A stretch of DNA of 64,000 nt. Source: Lama guanicoe (Eukaryota). A program made the position numbers and the translations under genes. The notes beneath the pieces were generated by a model, which saw nothing but the letters and a program-made list of their open reading frames with translations, searched no databases and was not told where the DNA came from. The stretch is from positions 1,346,042 through 1,410,041 of the forward strand of contig MU054098.1 in NCBI GenBank assembly GCA_013239625.1, in the 5' to 3' direction. Below, one piece after another: positions 13,685-26,626 of this stretch; the first letter of the stretch is position 1, and the number at the start of each line of letters is the position of its first letter.

Positions 13685-14460
13685 CCTGGACTTTGATTTT
13701 CCTCATTTTAGCTCATATTTTCCTGCTTCTTTGTATGCCTTATCACTTTTGATCAGATACTAGATATTGTAATTTTTATCTTCTTGGATGCTGTATATTT
13801 TCTATTCCAATGGATATTCTTGAGCCTCTTTCTTAGAGGTAGTTAAGTTACTTGAAATCTTTTTGACCCTTCTGAATTTTTTAACGTTTGAAAAGCAGAG
13901 TGAGAGTAGCAGTCTAGGGATAATTTCTCACAGTGCAGAGTTAAAACTCAGCTGAGCATTCTAACCCAAGGCTTTGTGAGTTACGAAGTTAAAAACAGCT
14001 CTACTTCCAGCCCTGTGTGATCCCCAGAGTGTTGCTTCTAATCCTTCCTAGTATTTCTTCCTCAGCCTTAGGTAGTTTCCTCATATACCTATGATTACCA
14101 GTACTCAACATGAAAGGGACTTTATGCAGATTTCTGGAATTCTCTCTCTTTATAGCTCTCACTCCTCCAGGAATGTGTCCTGAGATTCCAACTGCCTTGT
14201 ACTCCCTGGACTCTCAGTTCCATCTTACCAAAACAAGGAGACTGCCAGGCTCCATCTGAATTCCTCTTCCCTGTGCTATGGCCTCAAAACCATCTTTATG
14301 CATTAAACTGGAACAATCATAAAGCTCACTGTGCTCATTTCCTATCTCTCACTGTCATTGTCTTTCATTTCCTGAAGCCCAGTATCTGGAAAACAACCAT
14401 TTCATATATTTTAATGATTTTAGAAAATCATTTCAGTTGGGAGGGCAAATCCAATCACCA
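13685..14460 (-). mobile_element. Old L1 5'-region fragment (L1M4/L1MD 5end-like)
   Basis: catattttcctgcttctttgtatgcct...agttaagttacttgaa pattern typical of antisense L1M 5' ends. Confidence 0.6.
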
Positions 14461-14910
14461 CTGTGAATGTACATTCAAAAAATTTTAATTTATAACGACT
14501 GTTTTATATATTCAAAAATTGAAATGAATCAAAAAAATTAGAAAAAGCCTATACTAAAATTACATGGACACAAAGAGAAGTGAACACAACTATACAAAAT
14601 TGATAAACACAAAAGAAAAAAGAAATCAGTTAACTTTTGAATACAGTACTCTGTACAATCACAGAAGGAGATATTCTAAGCACCAAAATAACTATAAACA
14701 GATCTTGGACTTTTTAGTAGCTTTACTGTCAACTGGCAGAGATGGAAAATATCTTAAAGTTATGAGTACCTATTTATTTTTCATTTTAAATCTGTTATCT
14801 TGTGTCTTCAAATTTTCTACCTATATAAAAAATAATCTCCACTGTAACTTGCTTATTTAGACCTTCAGCCCCTCAGCTAAGCTATAATCATTTCCCTTTC
14901 TCAGAGTGCT

Positions 14911-15032
14911 TGCTACAGAATGAATATGTCCCTGCAAAATTCATACGGAAATCTAATCTTCAATGGGATGGTGTTTGGGGTGGGAATATTCGTGAGTTGA
15001 TTAGGTCATGGCAGCCCAAATGGACTAAGTCA
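14911..15032 (+). mobile_element. Internally deleted MLT1A-like MaLR LTR (122 bp)
   Basis: The MLT1A-like start (tgctacagaatgaatatgtccc) is joined directly to the end (gcagcccaaatggactaagtca). TSD GTGCT/GTCCT. Confidence 0.8.
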
Positions 15033-15188
15033 GTCCTTTGACTCATTGACCACAAGCCGTAATCACTTATTGACTTATTTCAGGTATGTTATTATATTCC
15101 TATATTATATTGGCTTTCTAATAGATCTTCATTTCCCAATTTACTTTGTACGGTTTTATAACAACAACAAAACCCCTGCATTGCTATT

Positions 15189-15670
15189 TGTATCTTGCAG
15201 GGTTCAACAGAGAACAGCCACAGTCAAAGAGGAAATTAAGGAGAATCTAACAAAGAGATTATTTATACAAATGTGGGCAAGGGTTAAAGGAAACCAACTA
15301 GAGATGCTGCAGTATCTTGTGGTAGCAAGAGAAGGAAGCTCTTACAGCTCCTAGACCAGAAAGAAAAAAGAGAGGGCACAATTAGCAAAATCTAGAGCTT
15401 ACAGTAGAGGCAACTGGAAGGAGAGGAAGGAATGAACTTTAACAGAGGAATACAGCCAGGCCATGACCTTACCGAAAGGGATCAGGAAAACACCCAAACA
15501 CACATTTCCATTTGCCCTCTTGTTTCCTGCCGAGTCCTTTCACTGGTTAACTCCAAAGGTAAGATGGGGGTAAGAGAGTCCCATGATTCAGTTCTTAAAG
15601 CTTAGCCTCCTGGAGCAAGAGTTGGGCAGAGAATGAATTTGAGGAGTGGGAAAACGAAAATCTTCCCACT
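15189..15670 (-). mobile_element. Ancient solo LTR (LTR78/LTR79/LTR41-like)
   Basis: ttatttatacaaatgtgggcaagggttaaaggaaaccaac...gaatttgaggagtgggaaaacgaaaatc. Confidence 0.55.
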
Positions 15671-15674
15671 CCCT

Positions 15675-16822
15675 AAAAGCCACCTCTTTCTAAGCTCCAA
15701 ATCATTTCTCCAGCTTCTAGTTTCACTTATTCCAGGCTACTTCAAATCTATTATATTCAAATCAGAATTTATTTTCAGAGCTCAACCCAAAGCTTATTTT
15801 TCTCTCCTACTAGGTAAATGAAGACACTATCCAACCATGTGCTCAAGTCAGAATGTGACTGTCATTCTTGACTTCTTTCTTCTATTACAGCCATCCTTCA
15901 GACAACATGATCAGGAAATTATACCTTTAAATTATTTTAAAAATCTATCTCTTTTTAGTCTTGACTCTCATTGTCTTAGTTCAGGCACTCAGTGTCTCTT
16001 CAGGGACTAATTTTAATAGATTCCTAACTGGTCCTTCTACCACTAAATTTGCCCACATCCATTTTATCCTTTATATTTCTACTCTTAAATTCTTTTTCTC
16101 TTCATTAAGCCATGTTGTCTTAACTAGGACTGCTTGTACATCCTACTCATTTGACTTTTTAGTCCCACTATTGCTCTACTTAAGTCAGCCAACATTATAC
16201 TATAACTTGGTCGTATCTTTCATTTGATCATTATATAAAGGTCAAACTCCCTCACCTAGTGTTAATGCTCTTTTGTGATTTATCACCAACATATCATTCT
16301 AGCCTCATTCTCACCATTCCTTCACATTAATCTTACACTCTAATCAAACCAGATTATTTATAACTCCCCATATACAATATATTTTTTCAAAACAAGCATT
16401 TATTGATTGTCTATAATATGCCAGATACTGAGCTCAGTGCTGTGTATAAAAAGATGGATGAGACAAAGTTCATGCTCTCAATAGTTTCCTTTAATCACAA
16501 TATTTCCGCTATCTGCAATATAATTCCCATTTTGTCAGTCTGGAAAACTATTCAGCCATCTAGATTTAGTGTAAACATGGCTTTCTCTGTGAAGCCTTTC
16601 CTAATCATACCAATTAGAGATAGTCGCTCCTTCTTTGGTGTCCACTAATACCATATGCAACATTTTAGCACTTAATATCCTGCTCCTTTCATTTACTTTT
16701 GTGTCTTATTCTGACTAGACTCTGAGTTATATTAACATATTTTACAAATCTGTGTATCTCTAGCAACTAGCAGCAATCTCAATAAGTGTTCATAAATTAA
16801 AGAATGAATAAATGAATGAATT
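15675..16822 (+). mobile_element. L2 LINE 3' region, with a short antisense L2 piece at about 16390-16480
   Basis: gctcaagtcagaatgtgactgtcattcttgacttc; ctctgtgaagcctttcct; tail gaatgaataaatgaatgaat. Confidence 0.75.
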
Positions 16823-17564
16823 TAGTAAATGAGAATAAGAGAGCTAAGGTGAAAGAAGAGAGAAGAGAACGGGAAAAACAAGAAACAGTCCTCTACAGTC
16901 TCAGTTTTCATCTGTTTGGGGGCCATGATATTTTCAGGGTTGAGACAAAAGGCAGGACACTAAGGTGTTTGTTTTCTCATGTCCAAATACATTACACTGA
17001 GCAATTATTTTTATACTAGTCTTTATATCAAGGGCTACATTTTGTGGTTATGTTTTAATTACACAAAAGTGATTCCACATGTCAAGAATTGGAAAGCCTA
17101 CAAAGTGACCTCATTAAAGTCAACGAGAAAGGTCATGTACAGCAGTGTTCACATGTCCAATTTTACCTAGAAGCAGCCCAGGCTATAAATCATATCTATC
17201 AACTTTAAATTATAATACATATTTCATTCAGTGCTATTACATACAGTGTCTGTGTAAAAGCATTGTTCAGAAAGAAACGTAACTTCTGGAGTTAATTGGA
17301 AAGTGCTTGATTTCCAGGTGAGCTGTTTAGAGTGTTACCTTTTACATGAGTTATTCTGGGAATCTTAGTTCTGTTTTGTTATTTCTTTCAATGTAGTATT
17401 CTTTTCTTTCTTATTTACATGATTTTTGTTATAATTTTGAGGAATATAAAATAAAGCTTTAAATATATTTGATTTTACTTGAGGTTAAATGTGTTTCCAA
17501 TATTGTTTTATTTATATTTAGGGAATTACTATTATTCAAAATATAACAAGGAAAGTAAGGCCTT

Positions 17565-17695
17565 TAAGAGTAGTGGAAAAAGCAATGGATGGGGCTCAGT
17601 GACCTAGGCTCCAACTGTTGCTTTGTAGTTAAACAGTTTGGTCTTACACTAAGTTGCTTCCCTTCTGGACTCCAATTTCCTCTTCTGGGAAATTC
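17565..17695 (+). mobile_element. MIR SINE fragment
   Basis: gtagtggaaaaagcaatgga...aagttgcttcccttctggactccaatttcctcttctg (degenerate MIR core). Confidence 0.55.
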
Positions 17696-17807
17696 TGTGC
17701 TCAACTAGTTCTGAGATGGCAAACTAGAATATCACACTTTGAATCCTATATGAAATGTTTTATAAAAAATATTTTGGTTTGTATGGCATGAAAAAATGAA
17801 AAAAAAA

Positions 17808-17940
17808 TTGTAACTATGTTTGGTGGTGAATGTTAACTAATTTTGGAGATCATCTCATAGTATATATAAATACTGAATCATTATGTTGTACACCTGAAAG
17901 TAATATAATGTTATACATTGATTATATCTCACTAAAAATT
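17808..17940 (+). mobile_element. Short L1 3'-terminal fragment (L1MA9-like)
   Basis: tgaatcattatgttgtacacctgaaagtaatataatgttatac. Confidence 0.75.
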
Positions 17941-20274
17941 AATTAGAACAATACAGGTAGGCTTTCAAGCTTAGATTTGCTGAAGTCCCTCTCTTTCCCT
18001 CACTTCTAAACTGGTCATGCACAGAGCAGACCCACGGAAGGATAGCAAAGGCTTTGAGAACTGAACTGCAATATTAACATTGGCCAAGGACCAGACCAAG
18101 CCCTGCTCTAGTAACCACTCCCAATCTTTCTATTGTCATACACTGGTCTCAGTTCACATCTGTCACATACTCACAGACATGGGAAAAATACATTTGTAGC
18201 CTTCAGGATGAATGATCATTAAGATCCTCTCTATATTGAAATGTTGTAAGTTGTTCAGAGAAATTTAGACATCGCTGGTAGGAAGGATATTCAGTCTGTA
18301 TCTGGGAAAGTCTGTCACTACTGTGTATTGTTTAATTGGCTTGTGAAGGTAGTTTTGTTACGGCCATTCATTTGAGGCTTGGCTGTCTGGCACCTTCTGG
18401 AATATTAGTCCTTTTTTTTTTCTGTTTCCTGAAAAGAGGACCCTGTGCAAGTACATTTCGTATTCTTGTGTGGCTTTTATATTCTTAACTATACTCTCAC
18501 ATGACACACAGTACATGGTCAACAATATTTTGAATGAATAAATCTGCAACAAGATATAAAGCAGATTGGAAGTTGCCCATAAGTAGAAATTATGGCATAA
18601 TTTTGAAGTACCTGAAATATACAAATATATATATCCAACTTCTTCAAGTTCAAGATATAGGATATTTTAAAAGATAAATTAAAAAAAATGTTAAAAGGGT
18701 CAATCCAAGTGGAAACCAAAGGAAAGAGAAACTTCTCAGATAAATCAATTTAGATCACTGTACCATTACATATTTCCAATTCTCTGAAGAAACAAATTTT
18801 CTGAATTTTAACAATATTATTCTTTCTGCTTTATTTTTGGAGTTGAGGTAAATTAAATTATCTTAGGGGAGCATTGGTATCTTCTATAAGACAGACCCTG
18901 AAGTCTACCTTTTACTTTGTCTGACATCCCTCATATATTGGCCTATCGGTAATTATTCGTAAAGTTCAGCCTCAAGGCTTTTTTGTTAATCTGTGAATTT
19001 TACATTTTCTTTTTAATTAAAATTTATAAATCGCATTTTTTTTTGCAGGAGCTTGGAGTTGAATTTAAAACCAAATATAACAGGATTAATTATCTGCTCT
19101 TGTGTACTTATATTTTAGTCTTTAAAATAAAGAATAAAAAATGTTGTGAATTTTAACTTAGAATCTTGAGTGATTGTGTTTGCAGGTAAAATGAGTGGGA
19201 CATAATATGGGTTTTACTGGAATACTCACTTGAGTAACTGAAGCTATTAAAATGGACTTTTATCTATTTCTATAAACCAGTATATGATAAAAAAATGTCC
19301 AGGCTTATTATATAGTTTTACTTTCAGGGTTACTAAAGAAAACTTTTATTACTCTCTGATGATCAAAAACCAGCAAGCACACGGTTTGATGATGTGGCCA
19401 TTTGCAGAAATTACCTGCTAAGAAAAATATACATAGTTATATTCTGAAAATCAGAATATGATTACCTGTTATTTTTGACTATCTGAAATTTCACTATGCC
19501 GGCTGATGTGTGTCTTTTCCATTATGAGATCTCCAGCTTAAGAAATTGTATTGTGCCTGTAGTCCCCTCAGATTACTGAGGATACATTATATAAACAATT
19601 GTTTAGAAAAGTATTCTTCTTTGTAAAATTGATGATAACCTGAGAGCTGAAAAGTCACTGCTAACTTTGGAAACAAATTATCAAAACTGTATTCTTCTTC
19701 CTTTGTCCAGATTGTTGACTGTAACTTACCTTAAGATAAAAATTTCTAATTATGTCTTGTATTCAGGTTGCAATAAAGGCCTGATCTCTCATTCAAAAGG
19801 GAAACTGGAAAACTGACTGAGAAGTGGGGCTGATGCAAGTTTTTCCTCCTTCAACTTTAGGTACCGATAATTTTTACTAACAGGTTGCTGATGGTAAAGG
19901 TAATTGGATTTCATTTATAAAATAGTAATCTGGGGGAAATGGTCAGATTTTCACATTTCTTGTTGTTTCTGGAGTTAACCCATAAAAAAAAACTTTACCA
20001 TCTAAAGCTAATACATATGACACTGGTTCTAACCACAGTAGTATGCCTATGACATTATACTGATTACATCTAAAACTAGACAAAGCACAAAAAAAAAACA
20101 AAATAAAAAACCATCTCAGCTACTTGAAAACTCTAAAAAGACCAATATGGAAGGAGTGGTTTTTCTGTTGTTGTTTTTTTCCTTTCTTTATCTTCCAGCT
20201 TTAGCTACAGGGCAGGCCAAATCAGTAACTGAATAGCAGGTAGGTTAGGAAATACTCCAAGAAAAGCCTGTCTT

Positions 20275-20853
20275 GTGTGTGTGTGTGTGTGTACACATAT
20301 ATACATGTATGTATGTATATGTATTATTGAAGTATAGTCAGTTTACAATGTTGTCAATTTCTGGTGTACAGCACAATGCTTCAGTTATACATGAACATAC
20401 AAATATTCCTTTTCATATTCTTTTTCACCATACGTTACTACAAGATATTGAATATAGTTCCCTGTGCTGTATAGTATGAACTTGTTGCTTATCTATGTTT
20501 TTTATATTAGCTGGTATCTGCGTATCTCAAACTCCCAATTTATTCCTTCCTACTGCCTTACCCCCTTGGTCACCATAAGTTTGTTTTCTATATCTGTGAG
20601 TCTGTTTCTGTTTTGCAAATTTTTGTCACTTGTCTTTTTTTTTTTAGATTCCACGTATTAGTGATATCATATGGTATTTTTCTTTCTCTTTCTGGCTTAC
20701 TTCACTTAGAATGACATCTCCAGGTCCATCCATGTTGCTGCAACGGCATTATTTTATTACTTTTATGGCTGAGTAGTATTCCATTGTATAAATACACCAC
20801 ATCTTCTTTATCCAGTCACCTGTTGATGGACATTTAGGTTGTTTCCATATCTT
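20275..20853 (-). mobile_element. 5'-truncated lineage-specific L1 3' end
   Basis: Perfect 13-bp TSD AAAAGCCTGTCTT at 20262-20274 and 20854-20866. Antisense L1 3' UTR sequence. Confidence 0.9.
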
Positions 20854-21434
20854 AAAAGCCTGTCTTTTAGAGCCAGAGAAATATCCATTTTTATATTTTT
20901 TCCTTTTTTTCCCTCTCATCCATGCCTTAAACCAGTCCTATTTGATGCACAGCAGCTAATGTATGATTATCTAAGACCAGGAAAAAAAGGGCCATCTATC
21001 TGAACAGAGGAACTGGGCAAAAGTTCCCTGGCACTCAAATAGTAGGGGGAACCACATAATTTGCATGTGTCTTTTCTCTTGTCACTTCACCCAAATGCAG
21101 CCCAAGTGGCATAGACTTGCACAGTATCATGAGAGGTTAAAATTTTGCAAGAATTCCATCTTTCTGGCCATAGCAATGGGCAAATGGGTCCCTCATAGCT
21201 AGAGAGTGTGGAGAAATCCTCCAAAAGGAAAGAAGAGAAGGGGAGCACTGATTCTGAATATGAACCAACTTTAGTTCAAGGCTGACCCCTGAGTTGCATA
21301 TCCATGGAATACATCCAAAAATGATAACAGAGCATTTCAAAACTAATCTACAATATAAAAGTTGTCCAAGGCCCGGACCAAACCGTGAGTGGCATATGCA
21401 AGGGACACACAGTAATAGCACTGAAAAGGGTTTT

Positions 21435-21582
21435 TTTTGTTTGTTTGTTTGTTCATTTATTTATTGTGGGTAGGGGGAGGTAAGTAGGTTTATTATGTTT
21501 TTAGAGGCCGTCCAAGAGATTGAACCCAGGACCTTGTGCATGCTTAGCATGCTCTCTACCACTTGAGCTATACCCTCCCCCC
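21435..21582 (-). mobile_element. tRNA-derived SINE, camelid Vic-1-like
   Basis: Minus strand GGGGAGGGTATAGCTCAAGTGGTAGAGAGCATGCTAAGCATGCACAAGGTCCTGGGTTCAATC (A and B boxes). A-rich tail. TSD GAAAAGG(G)TTTT. Confidence 0.9.
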
Positions 21583-23849
21583 GAAAAGGTTTTGAAAAAT
21601 GAACTGGCTTTGGAACCACCTTTCTGGCTTTGGAAGGCAAGAAAGAACTTGGAGCCAGAACCTTACGAGATTGCTGCCCACTGAAACAACAACAGTAACA
21701 GCAAGAACAACGGAAACAATGGCAACAAATCCGTCTTCTCCAATGGATTTTTAAAAGGAATAAGAGCCTCATCATAATATTCAAAATGTCCAGGATACAA
21801 TGCAAAATTACTCAACATATAAAGAAACATGAAAATCCAACAAAAAACCCTCCAAAGACAGTCAACAGTGCCATCTCTGAGATAAAAGAGAGCTAAGAAT
21901 TGTCACAGACCTTAAAGCAGTTGTCATTATTATGTGAAATTAAGTAAAAGTGAATACTCCCCAAAACAAATGTAAAGTGATTAAGTTCTCAGCAAAGAAA
22001 TAGAAATTATATAAACAAAAACAAGTAAGAAACTTTGACTGTCAAAATATAATAGTTGAAGTAAAAAGTGTATTGAATGTGCTCAATAACAGAATGGAGA
22101 TGACAAAGGAAAGAGTCTGTGAACTTGAAATTAGATCAACAAATTATCCAAACTGGAGAACAGAGGAGAAAAAAAATGAAAAAACTGAAGAGAACTTCAG
22201 GGATTTCTGGAATGACATAAAAACATCTATTACTCATGCCACCAGACTCCCTGAGAGAGAGGAGAATGAGATTAGTGCAGAAAATAATATTTGAAAAACC
22301 AATGATGAAAACTCCCAAGATTTAGTAAAATATATAAATTAACTATTTGTAAAGCTCTGTGAACTATAACCAGATAAACTCAGAGAAAATCATGTTCAGA
22401 CGCATCATACACTGCTGAGCATCAAAAGTAAAGAAAAAATTCATTCCCTACATATACGGAAACAACTGGAATAATTGCTGATTTCTCATCAGAAACCCCA
22501 GAGGCTATAAGACACTGAAACATCTTTAAAACCCTAAAAGAAAAGAACCATCAATGCAAAAATTTTATAACCAGTGATAATAAACATGAGGAATGAAGGC
22601 AAAAAGCTAAGAGAATTCAAGACTAGAATACCTACTCTAAAAGAGTGCCAAAGAATTAAAGTTTATAGCATGAGTATTAAAGGAATTTTAACAGGCATGC
22701 TAAATGGTAAATACTTGGGTAAGTAAAACAAATGATCTTTCTCCTCTTAAGGGCTTTACAATATGTATGACTATTGAATGAAAAAGTAAAACATTTTCTG
22801 TATATAGATAGATATAATACATATGACAACTGTAACATAAAAGGGAGAGATTCAATGGACCTATATGGTTATAAGACACTTTATACACTCTAAATAGACT
22901 GTGAGAATGTATATTAAACTCTGTAGTGCAACCACTAAAAAAAAAGATAACACATAAAAGTCAATGGATGAAAGAGAATATTAACACATATCCAAATAAT
23001 CAAAAGTAACACTAATAATTAATTAATCAAGGCACTGTGGTTTTAGTTAAAGATTAGACAGATCAATGCCACAAAATATGAAGTCCAGAAATAGATATAT
23101 TTGTATATGGTCTACTGATTTTTGCCAAAGATACAAACACAATTCAATGGAAACAGGATAGTCCATTTAAATAAATGGAAAAAAATCCATGATTTATACT
23201 TCATCCTTAATACAAAAATTAATTCAAAATGTCTCATAGACCAAGAGGTAAATACTAAAATAATAAAACTTTTAGAGGAAAACAAAGGAGGAAATATTTA
23301 TGACCTTGAGTTAGGCAAACATTTCTTAGGTATGGCATTAGGAGCACAACCCATTAAAGAAAAAAACTGATGAACCGGACTTAAATTTAAACTTGTGTTG
23401 TGTGAAAGACACTATAAAGAGAATATAAAGACAAACTATGCATAGGAAGAAAACATTTTCAAATCACATATTGACAAAGGACTTTTACCCAAATATATGA
23501 ATAACACTCAAAATTTGGTTATATAAAAACAATCCAATGGAAAAATTACCTGAACTGACACCTCACATAAATAAACAAACAAGCAAACAAACAAATGTAA
23601 TGACAAATAAGTACATGAAAAGACACATGTATAGGGTATGTAGAGTTTAATCAACATTTGAGGTCCTGTAATTTTAATATGTGAAATTCTCATCCCACTT
23701 GAATATTACTTATATATTTTAAGACTAGAATTCACCAATAAATATGATAAGTCTTGAAAGAAGGGTGATCTGTCAATGGTAAATTACATCATGGAAAGTA
23801 TAATCCAAGATGTAATGAAGAGTGATAACTTTTTTTCTTCTTTTCTTCC

Positions 23850-24280
23850 CAGCATATTTTATCATTCTCTTCTTGTAACAAATTTCTTCTGTCCTTTATT
23901 CTGGGAAACAGCTCTTTCCCAATTTCATAGTAGTTGCCTCATTCAGGCCAATCATATAACATCTTCTCTTGAATTCACTGACTGTTCTGTAATTAGTTCT
24001 GGAACATTATATACAGATCCATGTGCAAAGTTTTCTTTTGCCATTGGGTTTATAATAGTGGGTTGATGTTCACCCGAATCTATCAGTAAACAGCATTCCT
24101 ACTCGGCACAAGCCTACCTGCCGTAAGAGAGAATGAGACAAACAACTAGAAGAAAAAGACAGTATCTGGATGTATGAGTGAGAAGAAGGATGAGAGAGCT
24201 GGTGACGTCATTTGACATGAACCAATAGTCCCCCTTTTAAACTTATAACTGATTGCATCAGGGCCTTGTAACTTGAAAGG
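23850..24280 (+). mobile_element. Ancient MaLR LTR (MLT1J/K/L-like)
   Basis: ccaatcatataacatc...gagagaatgagacaaac...gaaccaatagtcccccttttaaactta...tgtaacttgaaag. Confidence 0.5.
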
Positions 24281-24579
24281 AGAGGGGAAAGGTAGTAGCA
24301 AAATTAAAATCAACATTACAAGCAGAAAAATGGCAAAATTTATATCCTTCAAAACTGATCACATCACAGAGCGGAAGACAACCTTGAAAAATTGTCAAAA
24401 TATAGCAAAGAGACAAAGGAAACAATGAAAAGATGGTAAGTGTGGAAGAGAGATAGAGTGACATAACCTAAGACACATAGGTAATTCTAAGGATGAAGTA
24501 AGAATGACTAGAATTGGAAAAAAAATAAATGCTACAAATTTTTTTTAGAGTGAGTTTAGAAAATACAGAAGGTAATTCT

Positions 24580-24917
24580 TCCAGTGCCCAAGGGAGGCCA
24601 GAAGCATTGTATAATCCCCTGCCCCAGCATTTGTAGGACTCCCAGGAGTTGGTGAATAAATATTGCATCTCTTTCAAACTTCAAGTGAGATAATCCTGTA
24701 GTGCATTTTTTTGCACATTTCTGAGAGTTTACCCATGGAAATAGGCTTCAGTTGCTCACTGTGGTAGCTGATTTGCTAGAGTAAAGTGCTTCTACTTGCT
24801 GCCTTCCCTTTCCACAACGACTGTCCTACTGTTGGCCCTGGTACCTCCCAAATAAACTACCTGCACTCAAATCCTTATATCAAGGTTTGCTTTAAGGGAA
24901 TGTTGTCAAATAAGACA
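24580..24917 (+). mobile_element. LTR16-like ERVL LTR, 3' part
   Basis: acctcccaaataaactacctgcactcaaatccttatatcaaggtttgctt...taagaca (LTR16-type 3' end). Confidence 0.75.
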
Positions 24918-25239
24918 GCAAATGATCTGTTTCTTATTTTGCTAATAAAATAGAATCAATCAGAAAGGTGTTCCATAGAATCCCTCCTTCACATTTACCA
25001 GTCTACCTCCAGAAGACCTCTGCATGGTTCTTCATGTGATACACTGAATAACATTTGTAAAAGAGAGCTATTTAAGAGGAGTTTTGCACTAAAATATATA
25101 AATAATTATTACACATCAATTTAATTAAATAGTGTTGTTTTAGTGGAATAATTGAGAGGCCAATGTAATATAATAGAAATAATAAGAAAAAATCTTAGTA
25201 GTTAAAATAATTTAGAATATGACAAATGCAAAGTTTAAT

Positions 25240-25483
25240 GACCAAAAGCACAGATTCTAAAGAAAGAATACTTGGGTCCAAGATCTAGATATGCTCCTTA
25301 TTAGCTGTGTGACCTTAGGCAAGTTACTAAACCTCTCTGCATATCAATTTCTTCATCAGTAAGGGTGGAGTGATAATAGGATTTACCTCATAGGATAGTT
25401 GGAAGGATTAAAGGAATTGATATATAGGTATAAGACTTAGAACAGTGACTATCAAACAGCAAGTATTATATAAAACAGCTATT
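25240..25483 (+). mobile_element. MIR SINE, near full length
   Basis: ttattagctgtgtgaccttaggcaagttactaaacctctctg...acctcataggatagttggaaggattaaa. Confidence 0.9.
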
Positions 25484-26626
25484 AACAGAAATCAGAGGCA
25501 TACATATATATCACTTATGTAAATTTGTTTCTCATTAATGTATGTAATGTATGTGAGAGTAATTTTGAAATTATGTATAAAATAGGATAGAACAAGTAAG
25601 TAAATATATTATCAAAAGTGACTATCAGATAGCAATGATAACTTCTTGGCTTTATTAATTGTACTGTAGCTATGTAAGATTTTAATATTTGAAGGTGCAA
25701 GGGAATGGGCTTATGGAAATTCTATGTACAGTTTCTGCAAGTGAATTTGTAAATTGAATGAATGATATAGCAATAACTAATATTCAGACATGTTATCTAT
25801 TTGACCAAAAAATACTTACATCATGATAGCTCATTACAAAATAAAATGTATTCCAGATGGATGGAAGAGGTTTAACGTATGTTTTTAAAACATTGGAAGA
25901 GCATACAGGAGAATAACTATATGAAACCTGGATTGAGAAATGTTCTATATGCATACAGCCAGTATAAGAAATCAAAAAGTTATATAGACATTACTTCATA
26001 AAAAATAAATATTGTATAAAGATATCATCATAATAATTAACAGGCAATGTACAAATTATGTCAAACATTTTAATCAAATATGTTGGAAAAATAATTAATA
26101 TTTAGGCTGCATATAAAGATATTTTACAGAAAAAATGGAGTTACTATCACTACAATATAAAAAAAAGGTGATGTGGCAAAAACATGTCTAACAAATAGAC
26201 TTCAAGATAAAAATAGGTGATTTAATGATGATAAATGATTCAATTCACAAGAAAGATATAACATTACATTTGTATGCTGTTAATGATAAAATCTCAAAAT
26301 GTAGAAAGAATACAGATACCTTTGTTCACTGCCCATGGTTATCTCTACCCTTCAGGCCTCTTCTCTGGGAAGTTATATATGGATGACTATCATGGATCTC
26401 CTTTAAAAATGTACTCCTTATTGTGGGATAGCATCAAAAGTTTGAAAACTACTCGTCTAGTGGCTAGTTGAAAAGTGGCATGGTGAAATGAGTACTTGGA
26501 CCAGCCTTCCTGCTTAAAGTAACCTAAAATGCTGAATAAAATGCATCAATGCTCAGGCACAAAAGTAAATAATATTTAGACAAAACACTCATTAGAAACC
26601 CAGTGATTTCATTCTAAGAAATTTTC

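Larger units (their letters stand above)
20020..23630 (+). mobile_element. Old LINE-1 (5' UTR, ORF1, then a jump to late ORF2), interrupted by a younger L1 and a SINE
   Basis: ORF 22073-22294 (LNNRMEMTKERVCELE...) is ORF1-like. ORF 23122-23370 (KINSKCLIDQEVNTKIIKLLEENKG...DLELGKHFL) is ORF2-like. Confidence 0.8.
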
